A stretch of DNA of 59,325 bases, counting the filler. It is 5 parts of 5 records of this genome, joined end to end, with 100 filler letters (N's around TTAATTAATTAA, not from the genome) between each part and the next. Parts side by side here need not be neighbours in the genome. Positions count along the whole stretch, not along the records: positions 17,717 to 34,588 come from SRR2962707_2521; positions 34,689 to 41,314 come from SRR2962707_2525; positions 41,415 to 53,325 come from SRR2962707_2526; 2 more parts are not named here. One strand, written 5' to 3'. A program made the position numbers and the translations under genes. Position 1 is the stretch's first letter; every line of letters begins with the position of its first letter. Below, piece by piece: positions 32,246-42,586 of the stretch. The notes beneath the pieces are model-generated. The model was not told the DNA's origin. It did no database searches and saw only the letters and a program-made list of their open reading frames with translations.

Positions 32246-32431
32246 CTTATCCCCATTGGTCGCGGCTATTTCGTCCCCGCAGTCACTCGCATGATAGCCT
32301 TGCTATCATAGCCGCGACCATCCCCCTTTAAGAGTGGCGTTTAAAATTCTAACGGGGAATAGCATTTCAAGCTGTAGACTTGCGGTCTCGACAGGAACAA
32401 AATGGCGGTTCCTTGAAAGCGAGTATGTGCG

Positions 32432-34588
32432 ATGGCCGACAATATTGACGACAATTCAGTTACTGAAATGAAGTTAGTAAAGCCGCGCTTTATCCACTTG
32501 CGTACCCACTCTGCTTATTCATTGCTTGAGGGCGCGCTTCAAGTTGGCAAAATTATAAAATTCGCGGAAGCTGAAAAAGCACCCGCCATCGCAATTACCG
32601 ATACGAGTAATCTTTTTGGTGCTTTGGAGTTTTCCATAAAGGCCAAAGGGGCGGGAATACAGCCAATTATCGGCTGCCAGCTTGATTTGCGCTTTCCAGC
32701 TAAAAGCGAAACGAGCGATAGCTCTTCGGCGTTGCAGTCATCCCAAAATAAGAATGCGACGATTGCGCCCGAACCCATCGTCCTTCTAGCCGCGAATGAA
32801 GAAGGCTATGGCAATCTCGTTGAATTGGTCTCGAAGGCCTATCTTGATCCTGATGCGAACGATGGCACCTATCTAAAGCTTGATTGGCTCAAGGAATATA
32901 GCGCAGGTATTATTTGTCTTACGGGCGGCGAACGCGGCCCCATTGGAATGGCGCTGTCCGATGATCATGAACCCGCCGCGCGCGATCGCCTTTTAACGTT
33001 GCAGGCGATTTTTGGCGACCGTCTTTATATGGAGCTACAGCGTCCATCAGGGTACAGCCGCAAACTTGAAGCCAAATTCATTGAATACGCCTATGAATAT
33101 GACATTCCACTTGTTGCAACCAATGAAGCGTTTTTCGCTAATCGCGATGAATATGATGCTCATGATGCGCTGATCGCCATCGCCGAAGGCGCGGTGGTTT
33201 CCAGCGACGAACGCCGACGCCTGTCACCGGATAACTACCTTAAAACAGAAGCTGAAATGGCGAGCCTATTCAGTGATTTGCCTGAAGCATTGGAATCAAC
33301 TGTTGAGATTGCGCATCGCTGTTCGGCCTGTGCTGAAACACGCGCACCGATCTTGCCGCGCTTTGCCGAAGGGGCCGAAGGCGCAACGGAAGAAGAGGCG
33401 CTGCAGGCCGAATCCGACGAGCTAAAACGTCAAGCCCGCGAGGGTTTAGAACGGCGTTTGGCCAACCAAGGCATGGCACCTGGCTATACGCGCAAGGACT
33501 ATGATGACCGCCTCGAAGTGGAGCTTGGCATCATCGAGAACATGAAGTTCCCAGGCTACTTCCTCATCGTTGCCGACTTTATCAAATGGGCAAAAGATCA
33601 TGAAATTCCCGTTGGGCCTGGCCGTGGTTCCGGCGCGGGTTCGCTTGTTGCTTGGTCACTCACGATTACCGACATTGACCCGTTGCGTTTCTCGCTGCTG
33701 TTTGAGCGTTTCTTGAACCCAGCGCGTGTATCCATGCCCGACTTTGATATCGACTTTTGTCAGGACCGGCGCGAGGAAGTGATCAAATATGTGCAGGCCC
33801 GTTATGGCCGCGATCAGGTAGCGCAGATCATTACGTTCGGTTCGCTACAAGCAAGGGCGGTTCTGCGCGATGTAGGCCGCGTTTTGGAAATGCCCTATGG
33901 CCAGGTCGACCGCCTGTGTAAAATGGTGCCCAACAACCCAGCCCAGCCAACAACATTGGCAAAGGCGATTGAAGGTGACCCAAAATTTGGCGAAGAAGTA
34001 GAGCGGGAACCCATCGTGGGGCAGCTGCTTGATATGTCTTTGAAGCTCGAAGGCCTTTATCGGCACGCATCCACCCATGCGGCGGGTATCGTTATTGGCG
34101 ACCGTAAATTATCTAAGCTCGTTCCCATGTACCGCGATCCGCGCTCAGATATGCCGGTGACGCAGTTCAATATGAAATGGGTTGAGCAAGCTGGTCTGGT
34201 TAAGTTCGACTTTCTTGGCCTGAAAACACTGACTGTTCTTAATACGGCGGTAAAGCTGATTGCACGGCGCGGCATCGATATCGATTTGCAGCATGTGCCG
34301 GTGGATGATGCGCCTACCTATGAAATGATGGCGCGGGGCGAAACTGTTGGCGTGTTTCAGGTGGAGAGTGCGGGCATGCGCAAAGCGCTGCTGGGCATGA
34401 AGCCAGACTGTATCGAGGATATTATTGCGCTTGTGGCGCTTTATCGTCCAGGCCCGATGGAAAATATTCCAACCTATAATGCGCGCAAGCACGGCGAAGA
34501 GGAAATTGCGTCCATTCACCCAATGGTCGATCATCTAGTGGCAGAAACGCAGGGCGTTATCATCTATCAGGAACAGGTGATGCAGATC
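32432..34588 (+). CDS. dnaE: DNA polymerase III alpha subunit (3' truncated)
   Basis: FIHLRTHSAYSLLEGA PHP domain, GPGRGSGAGS, MPDFDIDFC, KFDFLGL. Confidence 0.98.
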
Positions 34589-34688
34589 NNNNNNNNNNNN
34601 NNNNNNNNNNNNNNNNNNNNNNNNNNNNNNNNTTAATTAATTAANNNNNNNNNNNNNNNNNNNNNNNNNNNNNNNNNNNNNNNNNNNN
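34589..34688. other. Artificial contig spacer
   Basis: N-run with TTAATTAATTAA at 34633-34644. Confidence 0.98.
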
Positions 34689-34793
34689 GAAGATTATGTT
34701 GAACTGACTCATCCTGAGCAGTCCCGATTATAACCACCGACTTGCAGAATACAAACCAACCATGCCTCATTCCTGAGGCATTCGCCTTAACGC

Positions 34794-36530
34794 TCAGCGT
34801 CTCTGCTGGTTGGACAACCACACACTCTGATACGGCTTCAGGGTGATTGACCCAGCCAGATCATCCACCTCCATTCCGGAGATCAAGTCTACCCAACGAT
34901 CCGTTCCAATCAGATTAATATCACTGAGCGCCACCTGCTGCACCTCGGGACTGATGTTATGGATACAGAACACCGACTGCTCCCGGCGCATGCTCTGGCG
35001 CCAGAACCCGAACAACTGCAACCCCAGGTGCAAGGTGAACTGCGTGGCGTTCGGATGGAAAGCAGGTTGAGCACGGCGTATGGCAATCAAGCGCTTCAGC
35101 TCCCGGAATGCCTTGCTGTGGTGGGTCAGTGGATCTGCGAGGGTTTCCTCCAGTTGCGACAACTGCCATTGACTGCGGTTAATGGAGCGCAGGCGCCCGG
35201 TATGCTCCACCCGCGCCTGATCGTTCTCCGTGGCCAGCAAGCTGTGAATATAAAAGGCGGGAATGCCCTCGAGAGCCAGCATGATGGTATGCGCACACAG
35301 GAATCTCGCGAGCTGCCAGTGGTCAGCACCGCCTTCTGCGGTTCCTTTGAGGGCATCCCAGAGCGCAATGTTCATCTCATAGGGTTGATCCCGCCCGTCG
35401 GCCGTCCGGCGGTAGGACACCTTACCCCCAAACGACTCCATGGTGTTGATCAGGCGTTGCTTTTCATCTTCGGTCAGCAGGCCATCTGTGGGCCGCAGTC
35501 CAACGCCGTCGTGGGAAGCGATAAAGTTCAGATAGGTGGTGCCCAGCTGCGCCGGGGGCATACTCATCAGCCAGGTTTTCAGGTGTCGGCAATTGCCGGT
35601 CACCAGCGTGTTGATCAGCAGAGGCGGCAACGAAAAGTTATAGATGGCGTGGGCTTCGTTGGCATTGCCAAAATAAGTCAGGTTCTCCCGGTTAGGCACG
35701 TTGGTTTCGGTAATCACCACCGCGTCCGGCGTATGATGCTCAATCAGCAAGCGCAGAATTTTGATCAGCTCGTGGGTTTGCTGCAGGTGAATACACGGCG
35801 TGCCCGGCTCTTTCCAGAGAAAGGCCACGGCATCCATACGGAAAATCATCACACCCCTTTCCAGGTATTGGCGGATGATCCCCGCAAACTCCAACAGTAC
35901 CTGCGGGTTGGCAAAGTTCAGGTCTACCTGATCTTCACTGAAGGTGCACCACACATAGCGCTCGCCGTCGTCGGTCTGCACCGGATTGAGCAGCGGCGAC
36001 GTACGTGGCCTCACTACTTGGCTGAGGTCGTCTTTCGGGTTGCCTTCAAAGAAATAGTCCTTACCCGGGTCGATGCGCTTCTTATAGTTTTCGAACCACC
36101 GGCTGCGGGCCGACATGTGGTTAATCACAAGATCGGACATCAACTTGTAGTCCCGGGCAATGGCCTCAATTTCCGGCCAGCCACCGTGACTCTCATTCAC
36201 CGCCAGGTAATCCATCACCGAAAAGCCATCATCAGAGCTGAAGGGAAAAAAGGGCAGTATGTGGACCGCGGAAACGGAGTCCTTAAGGCAGTCATCCAGG
36301 AAGCGCTTGAGCGTCACCAGTGGCTTCTCGTCCGATTGCTGAAGCGTATCCGCGTAGGTAATCAGCAACACATCGGTTTCGTCCCAATGGTTCTGGTGGG
36401 CCGGTGGGGCGTCGGCATTGGGCGCCAGCCCCATGGTGGCCAGTAACTGCTCCGCCAGAAAGTCACAATCTACCGAGGGATAGACGACCTCGAGCATACC
36501 TTGCAGCTTGCTCTTCAGTGGCTGAGTCAT
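34794..36530 (-). CDS. GH13_18 sugar phosphorylase, probably glucosylglycerate phosphorylase
   Basis: HILPFFPFSSDDGF, RMDAVAFLWK, ITETN, ASHDGVG, YEMN (Glu rather than the Gln of sucrose phosphorylase). Confidence 0.85.
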   Translation of the reverse strand: MTQPLKSKLQGMLEVVYPSVDCDFLAEQLLATMGLAPNADAPPAHQNHWDETDVLLITYADTLQQSDEKPLVTLKRFLDDCLKDSVSAVHILPFFPFSSDDGFSVMDYLAVNESHGGWPEIEAIARDYKLMSDLVINHMSARSRWFENYKKRIDPGKDYFFEGNPKDDLSQVVRPRTSPLLNPVQTDDGERYVWCTFSEDQVDLNFANPQVLLEFAGIIRQYLERGVMIFRMDAVAFLWKEPGTPCIHLQQTHELIKILRLLIEHHTPDAVVITETNVPNRENLTYFGNANEAHAIYNFSLPPLLINTLVTGNCRHLKTWLMSMPPAQLGTTYLNFIASHDGVGLRPTDGLLTEDEKQRLINTMESFGGKVSYRRTADGRDQPYEMNIALWDALKGTAEGGADHWQLARFLCAHTIMLALEGIPAFYIHSLLATENDQARVEHTGRLRSINRSQWQLSQLEETLADPLTHHSKAFRELKRLIAIRRAQPAFHPNATQFTLHLGLQLFGFWRQSMRREQSVFCIHNISPEVQQVALSDINLIGTDRWVDLISGMEVDDLAGSITLKPYQSVWLSNQQRR

Positions 36531-37750
36531 GGCCGATATTCCTGATTGTCCAGTTCAACAGCCTCCAGCAGTTGCTCACGAATGTCCGGAATGGCACTGG
36601 TCACCCGGTTCCAGCTGGGGATGAAGGGGGTGTCCATGGGGTTATCCAGGAAGTAGGCACCGGCGCGCATCACATTCTGGGCAAACAATTCCACCGCCTT
36701 TTCTTCCTTGTGCCGATCAAAGCCGAGCCCGTTGATTACGGCGTCGTTCTGATAGGTTTCCACAAAATCCAGAGCAATACGGAAATAGGTCGCCTTGATG
36801 GTGCGGAACTTTTCATTGGAGAACACTTCGCCATTGGTGGCCAGCTTTCGGAACAGGGCCTTGGCGATATCCACGCTCATTTTGGACAGCCCTCGGCTGG
36901 CATCCTCCGGCGAGAGATCCTGATGCTTGTGATCGTAGACATCAGCAATATCCACCTGGCACAGGCGATTGGTGGCGTAGTTTCGTTTCATCTCCGAGAG
37001 CACACCAATCTCGAGCCCCCAGTCACTGGGAATGCGCAGGTCATTGATAACATCTGTGCGGAACGAGAATTCTCCGGCCAGGGGATAGCGGTAGCTGTCG
37101 AGGTAGTCGAGAAAATCGTTCGGGCCGCAGACTTTTTTCAGGGCACGGATCAACGGGGTGACCAGCAGACGACTGACACGGCCATTCATCTTGCTGTCGG
37201 CGACCCGGGCGTAATAGCCCTTACAGAACATGTAGTTGAATCCAGGGTTGGCCACCGGGTAAATCAACCGTGCCAACAGGTCCCGCGAGTAGGTCAGGAT
37301 ATCGCAATCATGCAACGCCACCGATTTGCTCACCCCGGAGGCCAGGACATAACCGAAGCAATACCAGACATTCCGCCCCTTACCCATTTCAGTTGGGGCC
37401 AGGCCCTGCTCGCGAAGCTTGAGGTCGATGGCCCGCAAACGCGGCCCATCGTTCCACAGTACCTTGAACGGCTGAGGCAGCTCGGAGAAGTACTCCAATG
37501 CGTGCCGGTATTGTGCTTCATCGGCACGATCGAGCCCGATCACGATTTCTTCCAGATAAGGCACCTTTGCCAGCTCCTGGACAATGTGTTTCAGGGCGGG
37601 GCCTTCCAGCTCTGAATACAGCGACGGCAACACCAGTGACATGGGCCGCGCTTTACGGAACTGAAGCAGATCGGCCTCGATGTCTTCTACCGGTCGTCGC
37701 ACAAGATTGTGCAGGGTCGTTACTATGCCATTCTGGTAAAAGTCGCCCAT
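36527..37750 (-). CDS. gpgS: Glucosyl-3-phosphoglycerate synthase-like glycosyltransferase
   Basis: DFYQNGIVTTLH, GKGRNVW, HDCDI, KGYYAR, YPLAGE, DWGLEIG, YDHKHQ. Confidence 0.82.
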   Translation of the reverse strand: MGDFYQNGIVTTLHNLVRRPVEDIEADLLQFRKARPMSLVLPSLYSELEGPALKHIVQELAKVPYLEEIVIGLDRADEAQYRHALEYFSELPQPFKVLWNDGPRLRAIDLKLREQGLAPTEMGKGRNVWYCFGYVLASGVSKSVALHDCDILTYSRDLLARLIYPVANPGFNYMFCKGYYARVADSKMNGRVSRLLVTPLIRALKKVCGPNDFLDYLDSYRYPLAGEFSFRTDVINDLRIPSDWGLEIGVLSEMKRNYATNRLCQVDIADVYDHKHQDLSPEDASRGLSKMSVDIAKALFRKLATNGEVFSNEKFRTIKATYFRIALDFVETYQNDAVINGLGFDRHKEEKAVELFAQNVMRAGAYFLDNPMDTPFIPSWNRVTSAIPDIREQLLEAVELDNQEYRP

Positions 37751-37786
37751 GGCGCCTCTCCTATGCTTTTGGCCACGCCTGGCGGC

Positions 37787-38596
37787 CTAGTAGCCGTACT
37801 CGAAAAGAAGATTGAGTACGCATTCGTTCCAACCCTCCGGGCCGGGCTTCAGGGAGCGCATGGGGTGCTTCTGCGATGGCAACTGGACCTGATCGCTGTT
37901 CACCCCGCGAATCACCACCGGGATATCCGCGGCCTCCAGCATGCGCTGGTCGTTCGGGCTGTCGCCCAATGCGATGGTGACTAGCGGCTCGCCCTGATAG
38001 TGCTCCCGGTATTGCTCCAGCAAAAAGCGGGCCCCCTCGGCTTTGTCGAAGCGCCCCATGGCGTGCCAGAAGCGGCCCCCCTGCACCAGACGGAGCCCCT
38101 CACGCCCCAGTGCCGCACTGAATTGGTCCAGCTCCGGATCACTGCCTTGCCAGATCAGCGGCTCCGTACCCAGGCGCTGCCGGGCCCGAGAGGCCTCCAC
38201 TTCATCCAGGCCCGCAACCTCCGCCAGTTCCGCATCCGCCATATCCGAAAAGCCCCGAAACTGTGCGCCCGCCCTCCTCTGCACCATAAGCGTGCGAAGG
38301 ACCTGTTGGTGATCTGCTCCAAAATTCATCACCTGTTCTTCGGTGCGGTCCAGACAGCCCGCCGGGATAACCGCCGCCGCGCCGTTCTCGACGATAAAGG
38401 GGGCCCGTATGCCCATCGCGTTTTGCAGATGGCGCATCTCGGCGGCGGTTTTACTGGAGTTAAAAATCAAGGGGATACCGTTAGCGGCCAACTTTGCCAT
38501 GGCCGGCGATGCGGCCCGCCAGCTGTAGCTGTGATGGTCCAGCAAGGTGCCGTCCAGGTCGGTGAAAACTATCAGGTGTGGTTGCATTTGGTTCAC
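37787..38596 (-). CDS. gpgP: HAD-IIB mannosyl/glucosyl-3-phosphoglycerate phosphatase
   Basis: FTDLDGTLLD, NSSKT, ENGA, QGGRFWH, LGDSPND, GPEGW. Confidence 0.88.
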   Translation of the reverse strand: MNQMQPHLIVFTDLDGTLLDHHSYSWRAASPAMAKLAANGIPLIFNSSKTAAEMRHLQNAMGIRAPFIVENGAAAVIPAGCLDRTEEQVMNFGADHQQVLRTLMVQRRAGAQFRGFSDMADAELAEVAGLDEVEASRARQRLGTEPLIWQGSDPELDQFSAALGREGLRLVQGGRFWHAMGRFDKAEGARFLLEQYREHYQGEPLVTIALGDSPNDQRMLEAADIPVVIRGVNSDQVQLPSQKHPMRSLKPGPEGWNECVLNLLFEYGY

Positions 38597-38667
38597 CTGC
38601 TCTGCAATCTGTTGTTAGGCTTCAACCCTATACATACGCAGTATTCATACCAAAGCCAGGTCGTTTT

Positions 38668-40122
38668 ATGAGCAACAACAGCTTTCAGGTGGAACATCGC
38701 TACCTGGAATTACCGGACAGCTTCTACAGTCGGGTACAGCCATCCCCCCTGTCTGAACCGCGCATGGTCTGCTTTAACCAGGCCCTGGCCAGCGATATGG
38801 GATTTCTGGTGCGGGATGAAAATGACTGGGCGGCCATTGGTGCCGGCGCCGAACTTCTGGAGGGGATGGACCCGGTCGCCATGAAGTACACCGGGCATCA
38901 GTTCGGCATGTACAACCCGGAACTGGGCGATGGCCGCGGCCTCTTACTCTGGGAAACCGTGGGACCGGACGGTACACGCTGGGACTGGCACCTGAAAGGG
39001 GCAGGCACCACGCCCTACTCCCGCTTCGGCGATGGCCGGGCAGTACTCCGGTCAACCATTCGTGAGTATCTGTGCAGTGAGGCCATGCATGGCCTGGGAA
39101 TTCCCACCACCCGGGCGTTGTTCATGATCAGCGCCAAAGGCCCGGTGCGCCGGGAATCTATTGAAACCGCCGCCGCTTTGATGCGGGTAGCGAAAAGCCA
39201 CATCCGGTTTGGCCACTTCGAGTTTGCAGCCCACCATGAAGGGCCGGACGCCCTGAAAACATTGCTAGAGCATGTGATTGCCCTGCACTTCCCTCAACTG
39301 ATCAGCTTGCCGGAGGACCAACGCTACGCCCGCTGGTTTGAGGAAGTGGTGGAACGCACCGCCAGACTAATTGCGAAATGGCAGGCCGTTGGTTTCTGCC
39401 ATGGGGTGATGAACAGCGACAACATGTCGATTATCGGTGACACTTTTGACTATGGCCCCTTCGCCTTCCTGGACGATTTCGACGCCGGCTTCGTTTGCAA
39501 TCACTCCGATCACGAAGGCCGCTATGCCTACAACCGCCAGCCCCAGGTAGGCTTTATCAACTGTCAGTACCTGGCCAATGCGTTGTTGCCGATCATGGAC
39601 GAAGATACCGTTCGCCGGGGACTGCGACGCTATGAAACCGCCTACAACGAGCATTTCAAACACCAGATGCTCGCCAAGCTGGGGCTGGAGGAAGCGGATG
39701 GGTCAGATATGGGCCTGATCATGGACACCTTCAGCATGCTCCACGAACACCACGTGGACTACACCCGATTTTTCCGCGGCCTGTCCAACCTGCACGACCA
39801 TGGCACCGCGCCGGTTCGTGATCTGTTCGCAGACCGCAGCGTGGCTGACGAGTGGCTGGAACGTTACGAAGCCAGACTACAGAAGGAAAGCCGTGGCCAC
39901 GATGAACGGGAATACACCATGCGCCGGGTAAACCCGAAGTACATTCTGCGCAACTACCTGGCCCAGCAAGTCATCCTGGAGGCGCAGAACGGCGACTATG
40001 AGCCAATGAAGGAACTGCTCAAGGTGTTGGAAAAGCCCTTTGATGAGCAACCCGAGTATGAGAAATACGCTGCCCTGCCACCGGATTGGGGGAAACATCT
40101 GAACATCAGCTGCTCTTCCTGA
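38668..40122 (+). CDS. selO: Protein adenylyltransferase SelO (YdiU)
   Basis: YTGHQFG, LGDGR, LKGAGTTPYSRFGDGRAVLRS, HGVMNSDN, ends SCSS. Confidence 0.96.
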   Translation: MSNNSFQVEHRYLELPDSFYSRVQPSPLSEPRMVCFNQALASDMGFLVRDENDWAAIGAGAELLEGMDPVAMKYTGHQFGMYNPELGDGRGLLLWETVGPDGTRWDWHLKGAGTTPYSRFGDGRAVLRSTIREYLCSEAMHGLGIPTTRALFMISAKGPVRRESIETAAALMRVAKSHIRFGHFEFAAHHEGPDALKTLLEHVIALHFPQLISLPEDQRYARWFEEVVERTARLIAKWQAVGFCHGVMNSDNMSIIGDTFDYGPFAFLDDFDAGFVCNHSDHEGRYAYNRQPQVGFINCQYLANALLPIMDEDTVRRGLRRYETAYNEHFKHQMLAKLGLEEADGSDMGLIMDTFSMLHEHHVDYTRFFRGLSNLHDHGTAPVRDLFADRSVADEWLERYEARLQKESRGHDEREYTMRRVNPKYILRNYLAQQVILEAQNGDYEPMKELLKVLEKPFDEQPEYEKYAALPPDWGKHLNISCSS

Positions 40123-40129
40123 ACGGCCG

Positions 40130-41314
40130 CTATTTCACCAGGGCATCTTCCTCATGTTTGACTGGCGCCAGCGCATCCAGCCTGGCGCCGTGTCGCATCA
40201 TAAACAGCACCAGAAGAATCGCAGGCACGCCCATCAACCCCGCAATCAGGAAGAACTCGGCGTAGCCAAAGTTCGCCACCACAATCCCGGAAAAGCCCCC
40301 CAGGAACTTGCCCGGCAGCGTCATCAGCGAGCTGAACAAGGCATACTGGGTGGCGGTGAACGAGGCACTGGTCATGCTGGACAGCCAGGCAATCAGCGCC
40401 ACGTTGGCAATACCGCCACTGAGGTTATCGGCACTCACCACCAAGGCCAGCGCCGCGATATCCGGTGGTTGCTGGGCTAGCAGCACGAATAGAAGATTGG
40501 TTGCCGCCGTCATGACGGCACCTGCCAGCAGTATCCGGCGCACGCCATAGCGCACCACCAGCACCCCACCGACCATGGAGCCAACAATGGTCATAAAAAA
40601 CCCGAACACCTTGGTGACATCGGCCACCTGGGTTTTACTGAAACCCATAAAATCCAGATAGAACGGATTGGCCATCACCCCCATGGCAATATCCGAAATG
40701 CGATACACCGCCACCAGCACCAGAATGGCCACCGCCAGCTCCCGATACCGACGGAAGAAGTCCAGAAACGGGCCAGCCACCGCGGCATAGAACCAGCCAG
40801 TTAACCTGGCCAGGCGTTCCGGCAGGTGGCTTCGTTTCTCCACCTCTTCCTCAATTCGATGGGCAATGTCCTGCGCAGCCGCAAAATGGTTTACTTCCGG
40901 CTCTTTCACGATCAGAACCGTCAGGGCACCCACACCCACCAGCGCTGCCATCACCTGATACGACACTTCCCAGGACCAGAACTCCGCCACATACAGTGCA
41001 CCGGCGCCAGCCACCAGCAACGCCAGCCGATAACCAAAGATGTATGTGGCCGCTAACGCCGCCTGCAGGCGCTCCTGAGCAATCTCAATGCGATAGGCAT
41101 CAATGGCCACATCCTGCGTGGCGGAGGAAAAAGCCACCAACAATCCGAACAACGCCAGTGTCTCCGGAGCCGCCAGGGCGTTCGTCTGGGACATCAGGTA
41201 CAACCCGGTGGCAATGCCCGCCTGGGCCAGCAGAATCCAGCTGCGGCGCTTGCCAAATAAACGGTCCAGCACCGGCAGTTTCAGCCGGTCCACCACCGGC
41301 GCCCAGAACACCTT
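40130..41314 (-). CDS. ampG: AmpG family muropeptide MFS permease (5' truncated)
   Basis: KVFWAPVVD, GKRRSW, SATQDVAIDAYRIE, TATQYALFSS. Confidence 0.93.
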   Translation of the reverse strand, partial: KVFWAPVVDRLKLPVLDRLFGKRRSWILLAQAGIATGLYLMSQTNALAAPETLALFGLLVAFSSATQDVAIDAYRIEIAQERLQAALAATYIFGYRLALLVAGAGALYVAEFWSWEVSYQVMAALVGVGALTVLIVKEPEVNHFAAAQDIAHRIEEEVEKRSHLPERLARLTGWFYAAVAGPFLDFFRRYRELAVAILVLVAVYRISDIAMGVMANPFYLDFMGFSKTQVADVTKVFGFFMTIVGSMVGGVLVVRYGVRRILLAGAVMTAATNLLFVLLAQQPPDIAALALVVSADNLSGGIANVALIAWLSSMTSASFTATQYALFSSLMTLPGKFLGGFSGIVVANFGYAEFFLIAGLMGVPAILLVLFMMRHGARLDALAPVKHEEDALVK

Positions 41315-41414
41315 NNNNNNNNNNNNNNNNNNNNNNNNNNNNNNNNNNNNNNNNNNNNTTAATTAATTAANNNNNNNNNNNNNNNNNNNNNNNNNNNNNN
41401 NNNNNNNNNNNNNN
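41315..41414. other. Artificial contig spacer
   Basis: N-run with TTAATTAATTAA at 41359-41370. Confidence 0.98.
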
Positions 41415-41415
41415 C

Positions 41416-42564
41416 GAGGTCAACATGGTCACCTGTCAGGTGGCCCATTCGGTTTTCGGCATCAACCGCAAGATTGCCCGTTTGCGCAGTCAGTCCTATC
41501 TGACAGCGATTTATTCCGACCTGTACCGCCGCGATCACATGCCCATCGACGTGGTGATCAGCCCAGAAAAGGAAGTCGCGGCAGCCGCCCTGCAACGTCT
41601 GTCGGCCCCTGCGTCTTTTGATACCGAAACCTTTATGGATGGCATGGCCCACCTGATCGGTATCCAGATCGACGAGGGTTGCCCGGTCGTGAACACGCCG
41701 TTGCGTCAGCTGTCTGATCTGTTTTCGACCTTACGCGCCGTTGTCGTTGGTGTGCGCCGTGATGGCACGTTGTTCGCCCCCGAAAGCAAAGACCAGCTGT
41801 TTGTTGGCGACGCGTGTTATGTCTTTACGCACCGCGATGATATCGCCCGCACTCTTGATATTTTTGGCAAGAAAACCAGCAAGCTGGAACGCGTTGTCTT
41901 GGTAGGTGGCGGTAATGTCGGTTTGGCCGTCGCACAAAACCTTGAAGGCAAGGAAAGACGCGTCCGCACCAAGATGATCGAAAAAAACCGTGCCATCGCC
42001 GAACGCGCCGCCGAGGCGTTGGAACGCACGATTGTTCTGAACGGCGATGGTCTGGACGCCGCGCTGCTGGCCGAGGCCGGGATCAGCCGTGCCGATGCGA
42101 TGATGGCCATCACCGATGATGACAAAACCAACATGTTGGCCTGTGTCCGCGCCAAGGCCGAAGGGTGCCCCTTTGTGATCGCATTGATCAACGATCCGAC
42201 CTTGGTGCCTTTGATGCAGCCGCTTGGTATCGACGCCTATATCAACCCGCGTGCAACCACGGTCAGCTCGATCCTGCGCCATATTCGCCATGGCCGCGTG
42301 CGGTCGGTCTATTCCATCGGCGATGCCGAAGCCGAAGTGATCGAGGCCGAAGTGCTGTCCACCTCGCCCTTGGCCGGCAAACGTATCACCGACATTGATT
42401 TCCCCGAAGGCGTGTTGGTTGGCATGGTACGCAAGGGGGATCAGGTGATCCGGCCCTTGGGCACCACCCGCATTGACGAAGGCGATGTGATCGCTGTTTT
42501 CTGTCTGGCCAAAGACGTGCCGCAGGTTGAACAGTTGATGCAGGTATCGATCGACTTTTTCTGA
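41416..42564 (+). CDS. trkA: Trk potassium uptake protein TrkA (5' truncated)
   Basis: EVNMVTCQVA, ISPEKEVA, VGGGNVG, RCK domains. Confidence 0.96.
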   Translation, partial: EVNMVTCQVAHSVFGINRKIARLRSQSYLTAIYSDLYRRDHMPIDVVISPEKEVAAAALQRLSAPASFDTETFMDGMAHLIGIQIDEGCPVVNTPLRQLSDLFSTLRAVVVGVRRDGTLFAPESKDQLFVGDACYVFTHRDDIARTLDIFGKKTSKLERVVLVGGGNVGLAVAQNLEGKERRVRTKMIEKNRAIAERAAEALERTIVLNGDGLDAALLAEAGISRADAMMAITDDDKTNMLACVRAKAEGCPFVIALINDPTLVPLMQPLGIDAYINPRATTVSSILRHIRHGRVRSVYSIGDAEAEVIEAEVLSTSPLAGKRITDIDFPEGVLVGMVRKGDQVIRPLGTTRIDEGDVIAVFCLAKDVPQVEQLMQVSIDFF

Positions 42565-42586
42565 TGCGATACCCGGATGCCCCTAC

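Noticed and set aside
34959-37615. Long plus-strand ORFs of 495 aa and 403 aa
   Set aside because: Antisense shadows of the phosphorylase and synthase genes; no recognisable motifs.
38578-38667. Extended N-termini in the ORF track (selO here; also TetR, hemB, pirin, proS, DUF1348, metallopeptidase)
   Set aside because: Extensions run over promoters or neighbouring genes; downstream starts fit RBS position and family N-termini better.
40108-40135. Possible selenocysteine read-through at the selO TGA
   Set aside because: The Sec-equivalent position is already Cys (SCSS); the TGA follows the normal terminus and ampG ends 7 nt later.
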